Below, piece after piece: positions 1 to 12,900 of a DNA stretch of 64,000 nucleotides. Origin of the DNA: Lingula anatina. Taxonomy: Eukaryota > Animalia > Brachiopoda. Below the pieces are notes generated by a model that ran no database searches, was not told the origin of the DNA, and was given only the letters and a program-made list of their open reading frames with translations. The first letter of the stretch is position 1; every line of letters starts with the position of its first letter. The position numbers were made by a program, and so were the translations under genes. The stretch is taken from NCBI GenBank assembly GCA_051362555.1, contig CM120646.1, positions 17,422,001 through 17,486,000 on the forward strand, in the 5' to 3' direction.

Positions 1-73
1 CGGCTAAGCTGACAGTAATCTAGTGAGATTCCCCACGGGGATAGATCAATCTAAAATCTGTGGGAATGCAGCC
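1..73 (-). mobile_element. Terminal part of a MITE (same family as 14243-14458), cut by the window edge
   Basis: Reverse complement (GGCTGCATTCCCACAGATTTTAGATTGATCTATCCCCGTGGGGAATCTCACTAGATTACTGTCAG) aligns with 14243-14308 (GGCTGTATTCCCAGAGCTTTTAGATCGATCTATCCCTGCAGGGGAGTCTCACTAGATTACTGTCAG). Confidence 0.75.
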
Positions 74-972
74 TGTTACTCCAGAGAATGCCGCTACATA
101 ACCTATGCAATATACCCTGGTACATGAAATTCTTAACTCCAGCTCAGAATGTGAAATAAAACTGACAGGGCCAAATCTGATAATTTTGATGATTCAGGAT
201 TATGGTTGATAACCAATTCCATGACAGTACTATTTATCTTCGAAATATGGTGGTCATATGATGCAGAAATTGAAAGTAAAATTATGATTTTTGGTTAATG
301 CTAACCTGATTTAATAAACAGATGACGCATATGGAGAGCAAAGTGCTTGCCCATTATATTCACTGTTGTAGACTTGCTTTCGTTTTTCATGCATATTTCG
401 CGACGAGGAAAATAAATTCATTTTCCATACACCAGTGTGCCCACAGCGTTTATCAATGAAGGCCTACTACTGTAATACATTTCCTGTATGACAACAAGAC
501 CTCCAGAGCGTTGGATTTTGGGGACTTCTTATCAGTTATTTTGTAGCGTATACGCTTGATCATTTTGTCCTTATCTCGCGTGGATCCATTCATAAAATCT
601 TAATTCCATTTTATTTTAATATAAATAAATGTAGTTTTGGCGAGTATAATAGACCGTGCCAGAAAACGGAAATTAAGTAAAAGTATATGCACGAGATTTT
701 TTTATATTTTATATGTTAAAACATGCATACATTTTATTTAGTTAAAAAACTAGAAAGCACACAGCGTAGGAATCATGTGACTAACACGGAAGCAACATAT
801 TTTGATAGTCACGTATATGTACGTGGTTTGTACAGCTATTTGTTCAAATGGAATTACCAAAAATCATGTAGTATATGTGCAGATCCACAAGTATTATTAA
901 TAACACCGATACATTGTACAATATCAAGTCAAAAAAGTTTTCTGAGTGATTGTATTCAAACAAACGCCATCG

Positions 973-1569
973 TTAACGGAATGGAGAATACAGGTGCTTG
1001 AACGTCATTATTTTCTTTGCGGCCTTGTTGAACTTTGAAGGTTTCAAAGAGCTCGGGTCCAGAGGCACTAATGACAATTGTAGCATTCGAAAACGTTTGT
1101 CATAGACGAACTGTTTACCGAGATAATTCCCTTTTTCTTCTTCTAAGAATTTTCGGTTGCGTTCCCTGTAGAGGCCCACGGGAAGAGTGCGACGTTTTTT
1201 CTGTCTATCAACTTGTTCCATCTCACTTTTATTCGAACAAATCATGTTCAGTGTTGTCATACCTAGCTTGTAACCATTTGTGGCAATGCTCTCTTTCCTT
1301 GTGTTCTTAGAGTTTTGCGTAGTTCCATTTTTAACAATATCTTGGTTAGCGAGCTGATCACCTCTTTCAGACCCTTTCTGGGATCCATTTAAGTTTCTGG
1401 TGCTCTGCCCGACTTTTGATTGCAGCGATCTAGTGGAAATCTTCAGATCTCGAATATCTGCGAGATTTGACGAAGCTTTGTTGTTTGGTTGCCGTTTTGA
1501 CGTGCTTATGGTTTCATTTCCCCTGCCGCCGTCCAAAAGTAGTTTTAGGAATGGTGCGTTAGGCTTCAT
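973..1569 (-). CDS. Uncharacterised basic 198-aa protein, single coding exon; tandem paralog A
   Basis: ATG-started ORF whose last ~100 aa align with ORF 3516-4187 (GYKxGMxTLxMICxNxxEMEQxDxQKxxRTxPVxLYRxRNR...DKRFxxLQLSLV...KPSKFxKxAKKxMxFKHLYSPF). Shared N-terminal FLKxxLD. Predicted 5'-UTR intron 1669-2081; minus-strand AATAAA at 733-738. Confidence 0.85.
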   Translation of the reverse strand: MKPNAPFLKLLLDGGRGNETISTSKRQPNNKASSNLADIRDLKISTRSLQSKVGQSTRNLNGSQKGSERGDQLANQDIVKNGTTQNSKNTRKESIATNGYKLGMTTLNMICSNKSEMEQVDRQKKRRTLPVGLYRERNRKFLEEEKGNYLGKQFVYDKRFRMLQLSLVPLDPSSLKPSKFNKAAKKIMTFKHLYSPFR

Positions 1570-2081
1570 GTTGATTTCAAGAATACGCCATGTTTCTTCT
1601 TTACTGGATTATCATCACTGTTTTTTACCTAAAATTTTAGTAGCAAAAAGTATGAAAGTCTAGTTTTTCTGTCAGAAATACCGGATTACATGCAATACAA
1701 AGTACATATAAATGGTACCGTACTGTAGCAACATTGTAGGCCCGACTCACAACGAGCGAGTCTCCATCTTATCAAGATGAATTGTGGAATATTCCTTGGT
1801 AAATATTGTTTCCTTATGTCGATGTCTATACCTTCCTCATATCCTATTCACTTTCAATATGCATTACTTTCAGAAAAACCAAACGAATAAAAATTTATTA
1901 TTATCGAAGTGATACAAGTGTATATCTGTTTATTCTCCTCATGAATCCGTTTTTAGCCACGACATCTGACGTTTCATCTTCTACTAGCTAATTAATATTA
2001 TTATTATGGAAAATAAATTTTGAGCAAATAGCATTGATCATTTCATATACGGAATATCATGCTTTTCAAGTTTTTACTCAC

Positions 2082-2181
2082 CTGTTTCGGCGTCAGCGTC
2101 AAGACTAATGAAGTCTGTGTGTTGTAAACAGTGGTTTAACTTCACGTAACAACACGTACCCAGAAAAACGGTCTCTTTATA
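2082..2181 (-). promoter_or_regulatory. Putative TATA box and non-coding first exon of paralog A
   Basis: Minus-strand TATAAAG at 2175-2181; donor CAG|GTGAGT at 2082/2081; acceptor TTTCTGACAG at 1669, 99 nt before the ATG. Confidence 0.5.
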
Positions 2182-3515
2182 CCCCCAAAGAAAGCCGTGC
2201 TATACTTATCCCAGGCTCCACAATCACGTCTCCAATTCCCTTTGACACATGTTGAATATGTCATTTCTCTGTTTTGGTTTAATATTAAACGCTTGGTCAG
2301 GTATCAGACAAAGCCATGCCAATTCGCAAGCTGGCAGAAAACCTTTGTTTCACTGTTCTCTTCATGCATGCATTTAACCTTGCAGGGACCTTGTCATTTT
2401 GTATTAGCAACAACATTAATCCTTCTAAATTTCATTTTTCGTTTGTTTGAATGGTTTTCTTTCAACAGGTTGCATTCTGTGAAAGTTATTATTTCATTAT
2501 GAAAACGTCTCCTTTATCGTGTTATTGTAATCACTTTTTCTTTTATTTGCTTCATGTTGTTGGTTTTTGTTACCGTCTCTATATATTTATCCTACGGATA
2601 CTGCTTCAATTTTTGAACTTCTGTGGCCTATATGTTAACTATAGCAAATGACCATCGTAGTAAAAGCAAACAACGGGGTGTATGAGAGAGAGAGAGAGAG
2701 AGAGGGAGAGAGTGTCTGTAGGCATAGTTTGTCTGATTGCATCCATTTCCACTATTATTTTTCATATTCCTTAGGGTAGATTATTTATTAGGATTAAGAA
2801 ACAAAATTTATTACCTTTGATAATTCTATAAGAGGCAGCTCCGTTCTCGGAAAGGGTATATGTTAATTTCAATTATCAACTTTCGTTCAACAGTTAGTCA
2901 ATATGAAAACAATAGCGCATTTTTTATTACTTTTTTGCAATTAAAAATTATAAAATGACACTTAACTGTTGATAGTGCAAATTAAATTCATACGTGTCTC
3001 CCTATCAAAAATTAACCTAAACACTCCTTAAAGTAATGTTATCCATGGTGAAACGTCAAGTAAATATTGTTCTTAGTATCTTTGTTATACTTGTAGAAAT
3101 GAGGAACGATTTATGTTCCGTATCACGATAAAGTAACGTACAGGTGGAAAATAGTGCTACAAGTTACTTCCCTTTTGGGACACTCTTCCTGTTCCTTAAC
3201 TGCGAGGGTTACGCTGTCGTGTTTGTATGAAACGATATCTATCTATATATAATATGGTGTCAAAGTATGTACGTTTCAAAAGACTCGTCGTGTTCACATA
3301 GTACAGAGTTTCAATTTGGGAATATTGGCTCCAAATGATTCTGCCTACACGCCAAGGCTCCGTATAGGTCCAAGGGCATCCCATGCCCCGAAAACCTCCA
3401 ACGGTCAAACAATGACAGTACCACTTTATATGCTGTCAACTTATAAATAGGAAAGACTAGTGACATCCCCCTTTCTGGGATATGTTCCCGGTTCCAAAAG
3501 CAATATTGATGTAAA

Positions 3516-4187
3516 TCAAAACGGCGAGTATAAATGCTTAAACACCATGACTTTCTTAGCAACTTTGGAAAACTTAGACGGTTTTTCATCGTCCGGGTTC
3601 AGCGACACTAGAGAAAGTTGCAACAGTTTAAACCTTTTGTCGTGTATGCATTTCTTTTTTAAGCGCTCCTGCTCTGCTTCCAGTAGCCTCCTGTTGCGAT
3701 CCCTATACAGCATTACGGGCATAGTCCGCTTGGTCTTTTGCTGATCGTATTGTTCCATTTCTTTTTCGTTATAGCAAATCATTTTCAGTGTCTGCATTCC
3801 TGGTTTGTAGCCCTCCTTTTGTTTTGGTTTCCCCGCGATCGAATGTCTTTTATTGGCGGGAACACCGAAAACGCTGGGAACTTCAATATCCAAGGCTGGG
3901 ATCGGCGCTCTAGGAGGTGGTGGTGATTTCGCATAGATTATTAACTGGCCGTTTTTAAATTCGACTTTCTGGTCTTTTGTTGGGTCTTTTTCTTTCAGTT
4001 TAAAATAACTCTGGTTGGGACTCCCTCTCCGCGGTGTAGCAAGAGCAAGCTCCTGGGATTTGGGCATAAGAATAGGAGAATGCGTTTCATTTCGGGGCAC
4101 CGGTTTCGAAGATGAGAACTGGGGTGTTTTAGGGTTGTTCAGTGCGTCGTCATCCAGTATTTGCTTCAGAAAACCGCCAGACGCCAT
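3516..4187 (-). CDS. Uncharacterised basic, Pro-rich 223-aa protein, single coding exon; tandem paralog B
   Basis: ATG-started ORF (aatATGG context). C-terminal domain homologous to 973-1569 at protein level while the DNA has diverged. Confidence 0.88.
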   Translation of the reverse strand: MASGGFLKQILDDDALNNPKTPQFSSSKPVPRNETHSPILMPKSQELALATPRRGSPNQSYFKLKEKDPTKDQKVEFKNGQLIIYAKSPPPPRAPIPALDIEVPSVFGVPANKRHSIAGKPKQKEGYKPGMQTLKMICYNEKEMEQYDQQKTKRTMPVMLYRDRNRRLLEAEQERLKKKCIHDKRFKLLQLSLVSLNPDDEKPSKFSKVAKKVMVFKHLYSPF

Positions 4188-4708
4188 ATTATTTCCCGTG
4201 CACTTAGTCAGTTGTCAATATTACCTTGAAATACCATTTAGGATGTCTCATGATAAGCCAGACTGTCTTCGAAGAGAATTACTTCCTATATAGAAACAAA
4301 GGAAGAGAGAGGGGGTTAGGTTAAGTTTGGGTTCATTTCGGTACGAGATGTTTTGTCTCAAAAGTCCAATTTTGAGCACGTCGTAGACCGCCCCATATGT
4401 TAATTTTTTTTCTGTTCATGGTAAAATTTATTTGTGTGAACCTTTTGCTAAGAGAGAGAGAGAGAGAGAGATGCATTATTTATAATAAAATATGTTGTAT
4501 GCAGTTTTTGGTCTTGGTTTTAATCATATAAATGGACAATGATAAAAATCGCTTCAACTAACATGACCTTTAACGCTCGCTTTTTAACACAATTGTGTAA
4601 TAACAGTGCCATTTCTTTGAACGTACACATATTAATACACCCCCAGTTTACTTTCACTGTTAATTAATTCAGGATTTAACGTTTTGACCCGTCTTTGGTT
4701 TAACTTAC

Positions 4709-4872
4709 CCTTAACGACAAGGTTTCGACCTGATTTCTAATCCTGCATTTTTTCTATACAGAAGCTGACCAACCTCTGCGTCCATGAAATTTCCTTCTTT
4801 TGCCTTCGATACGTTCAGTAATCCGTGTTTGGATGTATAAATGTGATGGCATAAAGTAAACGGTATTTTATA
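4709..4872 (-). promoter_or_regulatory. Putative TATA box and non-coding first exon of paralog B
   Basis: Minus-strand TATAAA at 4867-4872; donor AAGG|GTAAGT at 4709/4708; acceptor at 4286 with pyrimidine tract and CCTAAC branch point, 98 nt before the ATG. Confidence 0.5.
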
Positions 4873-5840
4873 CTTAGAATTACGTCGGTGTTTATGGCAA
4901 CGTATCTTCTACATATCACCTCCGTTAGCGGGTCAGACGCGCATACAGCATAATTCGGTACAGGGAGCTCGTTACTAATCACCATAGGTCCACAGTCGAA
5001 ACAAATTTGTCCCCTTATTTCATCTAGGTGGCAGTTACAATAGGACAAAGTACACGTTCAGGGCTTGTAATTTCGAAATGCGCGCCCGATTCATGAATCA
5101 TAATAAGCGTTATAACTATACAGTCTAAGGGTTGTGACTCGGTACGCAAAGGCCACTGCACAAGCATTATTTGGGTTATAGTAAAGAATAGTCAGGACTT
5201 CTCATACAAGACACCTTTCTTGCGGGTAATCTGGCGCGACGATATCTACACAAAATAAGCTTTCATCTTGGTGTTTATAATAACATACGAATGTTTTTCT
5301 TACAGGTTCAGTAATATGATTGCTTCCAAACCCCTTTTATAACATAATTACAATTTATAATCCACGCTTATGGAATGTTTCAAAAGAGCACCTTTTACAC
5401 TTTGTCAATCGATTGGTATTGTAAAATATAAAACAAAATATAAAACAGTTCTCGTTTGATAAAACACTCCCTGAATGTCCAGAATGTTTTTTTTTCTCTA
5501 AGAAAGGGTATTTTCAGTAAACAATACATGTGCATTTAACAAGATATAAGGATGTGATTGGTAATATTTCTTTACCGGGCCAATGATTTTTTCAGACCTC
5601 AACTCTTTCCGCTTTTCTTGTAGTACATGTGCAGACTTATCATTTTGCGGTACTTCACGGGGCTTTCCTCTGTAGGTAAGGAGATCACACCATTCAGTTT
5701 GATAATGAGGGGATTAGGAGAGTTGTGCACTCCTTGTGTGCTTTTTAGTATGCTAAATAAAAATAATTATAAGGATTTATTTTATAGAAAAACATGTACA
5801 GATCTGAAGTAAAGGAACCATGGAAATGAAAAAAAAAAAG

Positions 5841-5848
5841 AAAAAAAA
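5841..5848 (-). terminator. Pol III oligo-T terminator of the tRNA-Ala gene
   Basis: T8 run on the minus strand 3 nt downstream of the discriminator base. Confidence 0.8.
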
Positions 5849-5851
5849 CTT

Positions 5852-5876
5852 TGGAGGATGCGGGCATCGATCCCGC

Positions 5877-5908
<32 letters not shown>

Positions 5909-5924
5909 TTTGAGCTAATCCCCC
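5852..5924 (-). tRNA. tRNA-Ala, anticodon AGC
   Basis: Reverse complement GGGGGATTAGCTCAAATGGTAGAGCGCGCGCTTAGCATGCGCGAGGTAGCGGGATCGATGCCCGCATCCTCCA: 73 nt cloverleaf, G3:U70 alanine identity pair, anticodon arm CGCGC-TTAGCAT-GCGCG. Confidence 0.97.
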
Positions 5925-8900
5925 ATCTGATACTTAGTGGTGAGTGTAAGGAATACATATTTTATTTAGTTCGACAGTCACTGGTTTATATTAACCAAGT
6001 AAACTGTATTTGATGTTGTGAAAGGTGTGCTTAGTTTAATTTCAAATTATTAAAAAAAATTACATATATTTAAGCCTGACTACAGCCACTGACGTCAAAG
6101 CATATGGCAAGAGCAAGACCATCCGGGCATTTCAAATATGTCTGCGCCCTAAACGTGCCACAGTTTTTGTTACTAGTGTAAACTTTATGGGCAACGAGGT
6201 GATTATATGTGTAATCTATTGACTCGGGGAGAACAATTTTTCTGACACTGCAAATGGTGACGTTTTGAATTGTCTAAGGTTATTAAACCATATCACGTAT
6301 CGTGTAATTTTCATGGCAAGTTGTCGTGGAGCCACATCGCTAGTCGTGTTCCCAACTCACGAGGCCACCACGAAATGGAAATGGGCACTCTCAGTATTGG
6401 TACATGGTGAGTTGGGATCTTTTCTTCTGTCGATTCTTATTTTTTCTGATATTCGACCATTTTATATCTGAAGTTCGTCGGCATAGTACGTAATTATGGC
6501 AGAATTTTTGGTGGGGGTTGGGGTAGATTTAATAAATTTGAATGTGTGACCAAATGAACTTGGAAGTTAGGTACGTGCTGTAATAATGAGTATAAGTGAA
6601 TGTTCATATTAGATCTTATATTGTATTGCCACCCCTTCCATAAAAGTGACCGACTTTGGGCTGGTTAAGATAAGAAATCGGTAAATTTTTCTTATGGTAG
6701 ATTAAGAAGTTTAATTAATATCTAAAGGCAGTTTCTTAAAGGATATACCATTATGAGATTTTGTTTAAAAAAGAAAACAATGGGTATCAGAGTAAGGGAA
6801 AATATATACATTGAATAATTTGGTACACAGTTAAGTCAGTAATTTTTCTATGCTTGATTACTAGTATTATAGCAAACAATTTGGATAATGCAGTTGTATG
6901 ATTCAGTTGAAAAAAAAAAAAAACACACACACACTTTTTCCATTTATTGGTTTCGGGGAAAAAATTGGTCACAGAAAAATTAAATTGCCCTATCGTTATA
7001 TTTGTATTAGCCACCAGCAATTTGTACTACAATTTTGTATGTGCATGATCAATATGGCAAAGTCCATTTTACAGGTCATATCCATCAAGGTAATTTAATT
7101 GATCGGCTAGCCTTTTTACCTTTAATGCCAACCTTGTTAAGTCATTATGCTCTACTCCTACCCATCATGTACACTCCGTCCCCAGGCTTAACAGAGAGTA
7201 TTTGATTTTTAATAAACCCTCCAGGCTATGATGCAGATGCCTTCTAATATAAGATGGTGCAACTTTAAACTTAAGCTTTTAAAATTTTTAAAAATTTTTT
7301 ATACTCCTCTGTCCAATATTTTAACTTGACCACATTTTGACCATTTGACCTGACTTTGATTTTATTATTTATATTAGAATGGTTTTATTATGTGATTTTA
7401 TTGTGTGAATTATGTTTGCGATTTTATATATATGTACTCTTTTATGTCTTTCTCCCTAGTAAATATGTCAAAAGTACCTATTTAAATCAATAAAAAGAGC
7501 AATCTTAGTACAACAGATGGGAATTGTAAACACGATTAAGGGGCTCTAGCCCAATTTTTTTTCAGGTCAGAATTGTACCTTTATCTCGTTGGTGGACTGG
7601 AGATATTTTAAATTCACTGGTTGTCAAGCTGTATGTAGACACAACAGCTTGGTAGATGACTCTTCTAAAAGACCTGTCATACATGTGTTAGACAAATTGT
7701 AGGTTTATCACCTGTGTTGGCACAGTAAGTGATCAATTGGTGCTGCAGCTCCATGGGTTAAAAATTTAAAGGTAAAGGGGTTGTAGGAGGATATCTTTGG
7801 CCTGAAATAACAGATTATCCAAAGTTCATAGAATTTTGCTGCCTAATTTATAACTTCACGCCTAATGCCAATTTCACCTATTGTGCTAGATTGAAGAAGT
7901 AATGAAAATAATAAATACACACAAAAAATAAAAACATGTGTACTGTCCATGCACCCGTAATCTGACCTCAGCTTTTCTTTAATCTGCTGCTTTGGCCTTT
8001 TCATTCAATGTCTGTCCATATGCAAGCCTTGCTGTCTATTTCTTATGTAAACATATTTAATTTTCAAGAAGTGTTCAGTACATGATCTTGAGTATACTGG
8101 TGAAGGTGTCCATGAGATATTGGCACAGTGAGGTTTTAGTTATAAGGTATAAAGTTGGATTGGCTCTGACCTACAGATGTCTAGCCAACTTTGAAATCCT
8201 ATTTCACAGGTAAATATTACTTTTTTTACTGTAACTTAGAAATGTTTGATTACAGCTTTTTTTTTATTCAACTTGCATTTTTGTGGAGGCAAAAGAAGAT
8301 GCCATTATAGAATTAAAATATTTATTACTTGACACAAGTACTAGTACTAGTAGAGGAAGCTTTGAAGTATTTAATAAAGGATCTCTATGCTAGCTAGTAA
8401 GTTCTTTGGTGGAATATGCTTTATTTCACAGTTAAGTAGTATCATTCATGGGGTGTAGCATATTTACATGACTTATTAAACTACTTATTTGAACATACAA
8501 CATTAACAATTATGGTTTTTAGCTGATTTAGTCATGAAAAAACAATATGCTTGGATACCAACAAAATTTAATAACAGGGAGAAACAATGTTGGATTTTGT
8601 TTGATACAAGTTATATTAAAAAAAATGATCTAGAAAGCTCAGTAGGGTTTTTCAAAGAATGGAAAATCAATCAGAATGAAGTATATTTGTCTCTGTATGA
8701 ATTCAGCCCTGGTAAAGAAAGTGCTGGCCATGTGCTGTAATTGTGCTCAGAGAATTTAAGTTATATATCATCTAATGCCCTCACAGTTGGAATAGAAGTT
8801 TGGTAGGATATATGCACTAGTACAGTGTACAAGTAAAGCAAAGCAAAGCAAAGAACTGGATTCTGAGTTGGCAGTGGAAAATATTAACATGTTCAGATAT

Positions 8901-9915
8901 TTTTACATTACAATTTATGCTTGTTCGCCTTTGCTAAACTAGAAATGCAATATTAGGGCATCTTTGGAATAATGGATGGGAATTGTAAACATGGAAAGAT
9001 ATCTAGGCTTATCAGCTGTATAGTCTCTTTGTACCTGCATCTCATTAAATTATCAACAGCAGCTACTAGTATTTTTTATCATTAGCTAAGACTTTATATT
9101 CATATATCAATTTTTGTTCATTTTATGAGGGTTGATAATGGATAAAGTAATGGGGCAATGGAGTCACTTCCTACGTAATGGATCACGCGGTTCGCAAGCT
9201 GCCAATTGCATTTTATATTATGTTGGATTACGCAACGCTTATAGCTAAACTCTGTAGATCATAAAAGGTGGGGATTACTTGCCGCCAACTATTTGAGTAT
9301 CATAAGAATTGATACTAGGTAAGTGTTGAGAAATGTGGACAGAAGCATGAGAGTTGAATGTAAAAGGGGAATAGGGTTGGATGGGAAAGTGAATAAACGA
9401 AGGCAGTAATTTACCCTTGATTGGTATTGATGTTGTTCGGGATTGACTTCTACTTTAGTGCTTGGCTTATTCGTCCGTACTGCTGAGCTGTGAGCTGAAA
9501 AGTGTCTTCAGGAAAGCATGCAAGATGCGTCGTCTCTGTCATCATCCCCACGTGATTCAAACCCGCGACGCGATTGGCTACTAATGCCATATGTTTAAAA
9601 AATGACGTAATGTTATTTACAGAGGCAGCTGTAGGAAGCGACTAGGGTAAAATCTTAGCTTGATAAATTAGATTATGGGCGTGCAATTATCTTTATAAAG
9701 TTATTGAATGCAAAACAGCAGAATTCTTAACATGTTTTAGTGATGTGTTAAATATTTCAGACTTTGACTTATAATAAATTTTACAAGTTTGTATAAAAGT
9801 AAAATAAGAGCAATCAACATCTTTTATACATGTACTTAGTTTTAATATTTTGATATTTTCACATTATTTTCAGATCATATATTACATTAGATAGCAATCA
9901 ACAACCGAAGTACAG

Positions 9916-12900
9916 ATGGAGGGGATCAGTATTGTAGGACTCAGTGTGTTGATCTTCCTCTATATAGTGATTCTAGTCGTAGGAATTGTTGCTGCAAAGA
10001 AATTCCGCCCTGTAGATGGCTCTACTGACACAGAGATCTCTGCAGTGGCTGGCAGGAAGATAAACAGTGTGGTGGGCGTGTTCACCATGACAGGTAGGTA
10101 AATGACACCTGTCATATGCCATAGCAGAACAGTGTGGTGGGCGTGTGCACAATGACAGGTAGGTGAATGACACCTGTCAAATGCCATCCTTTTGTATAAC
10201 ATAACATTGTGGTGGGCGTGTATACAATGACAGGTAGGTGAATGACACCTGTCAAATGCCATCCTTTTGTTTAACATAACATTTTGGTGGGCGTGTATAC
10301 AATGATAGGTACATGTAGGTGAATGACATCTGTCTTATGCCATCCATTTATATAATAACCTCACTGTGACCAAATGCATCATACCAGTAAAAAAGCATTT
10401 ACAACTAAACAAAAGGTAATGTTACTGTGTAAGTGCAACATGTTTATTAGACTTATTTTATAACTGTCAAAGCATCATTACTTTTGTGAATATGTACTTT
10501 TATTTATTTATTTATTTTGATTCTTTTCAAAAAGTGTATAGAGAAATTAAACTTATAACTATTTTTTGTGTGAAAATTGCTCTTTTGTCTATATAACTGT
10601 TAATCTTACTAACACCTACTTGGTGTGTTTTTGATTTCTCTCAAGTTTAATTTCTCTGTATTTGCCAGTCTTGTCACGTAGTTTATCCTTCAAGTTCACA
10701 TATATTATTCTTGAAATTACAGCCACAGTGGTGGGAGGAGGTTTTCTAAATGGCACAGCGGAGTCTGTCGCCAGTCAGGGTGTCATATGGACCCTGGCTC
10801 CATTTGGAATCTTCCTAGGACTGATACTTGGTAAGGGAGTTATATATTATAATGCAAAATGAGATGTTAAGTAATACGTATAAATAGACAAAAAGGAGAG
10901 CACTTAGCTGTATTAGCACAATTTAAGACACTTGTACCACATTTGAATAATTAAACTCTGCTGAAGGCACAACTACGTAATACAATATAGATATTATTTT
11001 ATTTTAGCACAGTGTCTGTCACAATGTCAGTCACAACTGTAAAGTTGTCCAGAGCTAAGATGTGCTCATACTGCCAGTAATAAGATTGAATGATTTAGAT
11101 GCAAAGATGTTTTGGAATATAATATCACCAGAAAACAAATTGTAAAGTGAAAATTGAAATGAAAAATCAAAAGGAAAATTAAATTTTGTACATGTATGAT
11201 ATGCATATAAAACAGCCATGTGACCTGCAACAATATCTAGAATAAAAGGATATATCCATACTATTAAGGTAATATTAATTTTTATTAATTCAGGTGGTCT
11301 TTTCTTTGCCAAACCAATGAGGGACCAGAGATACCTGACCATGCTTGACCCTTTCCAGCTCCTCTATGGGGACACGGTGACTGGACTGCTGTACATCACA
11401 GCTCTGTGTGGGGACATCTTCTGGTCATCCTCCATACTGGCCGCTCTAGGTGAGACTGAGCTTGATTTTTTTTAAGGGGATGTATCTGAAAAAAGTAAGA
11501 ATTGAAGCTGCTTGATATAATGTTACAATGTCTGTGTTTATTGAATCAGAAGATGGTTCCTTATGCCTGGTTTCTACACCTAAAGATATGTAATATATGT
11601 AATAATGATTGTATCCTTATTGTTATCCCTATTTTGTTTCAACAGTGACTGAAAAAAACTGGAAACTTCAAATTATTTAACACTTATTTAAGGTGATGTT
11701 GTTAACTTATAAAATGTTTAGTGGGGCAAACAATTATTAGTAGTTTTGTAAATAGAAAAGTAAATTATTTTTTGACAGCAGATTACATTTCATTATATCT
11801 TATGAAAACCAATATGTTGTCCTGCTGTAACTGTTACTTAATTCATATTTGATGTTAAAATGCTGCTGACATGGGCTTTACTCATCTTTACTTTTACCAA
11901 CAGGAAGATCATAGCTTTACAAATGTGACTTCTTCTCTCCCATAATGCAACTGTCAAATTTTATTTTAAGGCACCAGTCTAAGTGTCATTGTGGACCTGG
12001 ATGTCACACTGTCAATCATAGTGTCAGCATGTGTCACTGTCACATACACACAGTTTGGCCAGATGTTAGCAGTGGCATATACAGACATAGTGCAACTTGT
12101 GTTCATTGTTGTCGCCATGGTGAGTTATACCTTATCATATGAATATTTTTGCAATTCATTCCTGGACTTGGTGTTAAGCCAAATTGATGAAGCGGTGTCC
12201 CCCTCTTAAACACTTCAGCAGGTGGAACCTTATTCTCAGTCTTGTTATGTAATCTGCGTAGATGTTCCATATTCTCATTAGACCAACTGAAATATCTGTT
12301 TATGATATGGTAAATCCAGGAATAGATTTCTTTAAAAATATTTATTTGAAGTATGACTGAATGACTTATCTATATTAAAGTTACTGAATTATTCACTGTA
12401 TAGTGTTTAACTGATGTAGTAGCTAAATTCTATGCTTTGGACGTTTGTTTGTTTGTGACAGACCACTGATTGAAATGACCAGTATACAGCTGTTATTGCC
12501 AAAGCTAATACAGTTTTTCCCCTTTTGTTAAAAGTTTCTGTAAATTGTCTTATACAGGTGATTTCTGTGCCTTTTGCCCTGACACATCCCTCTGTGGGCA
12601 GCATAGTGGAAACGGCCTCAGAGTGGGGAGGAGAACTGGACGCCAGCCTGGGAGCTGCATGGGTGGATTTGTTCATCGCAATGGTAAGAAATTTCTAGGC
12701 TCTTGGAATACTGAATCATGGGAGTGAACTATATTGGCAAAGAAAAAGAAATTTGTTGCTGGTATCTTTGATTTGATGAAGATGAGTTATTGTCCACATC
12801 AAAGAGGGACTTTGAGCTTGGGATGAAGTTTGTAAAATCCCTGTGAGCTTTCAATACTTTAATAACTTTTAGAGTTTAACATTGTTATTCATGAATACTG

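Noticed and set aside
1035-4293. Plus-strand ORFs overlapping the two paralogs
   Set aside because: Antisense shadows; conservation between the paralogs is in the minus-strand frame.
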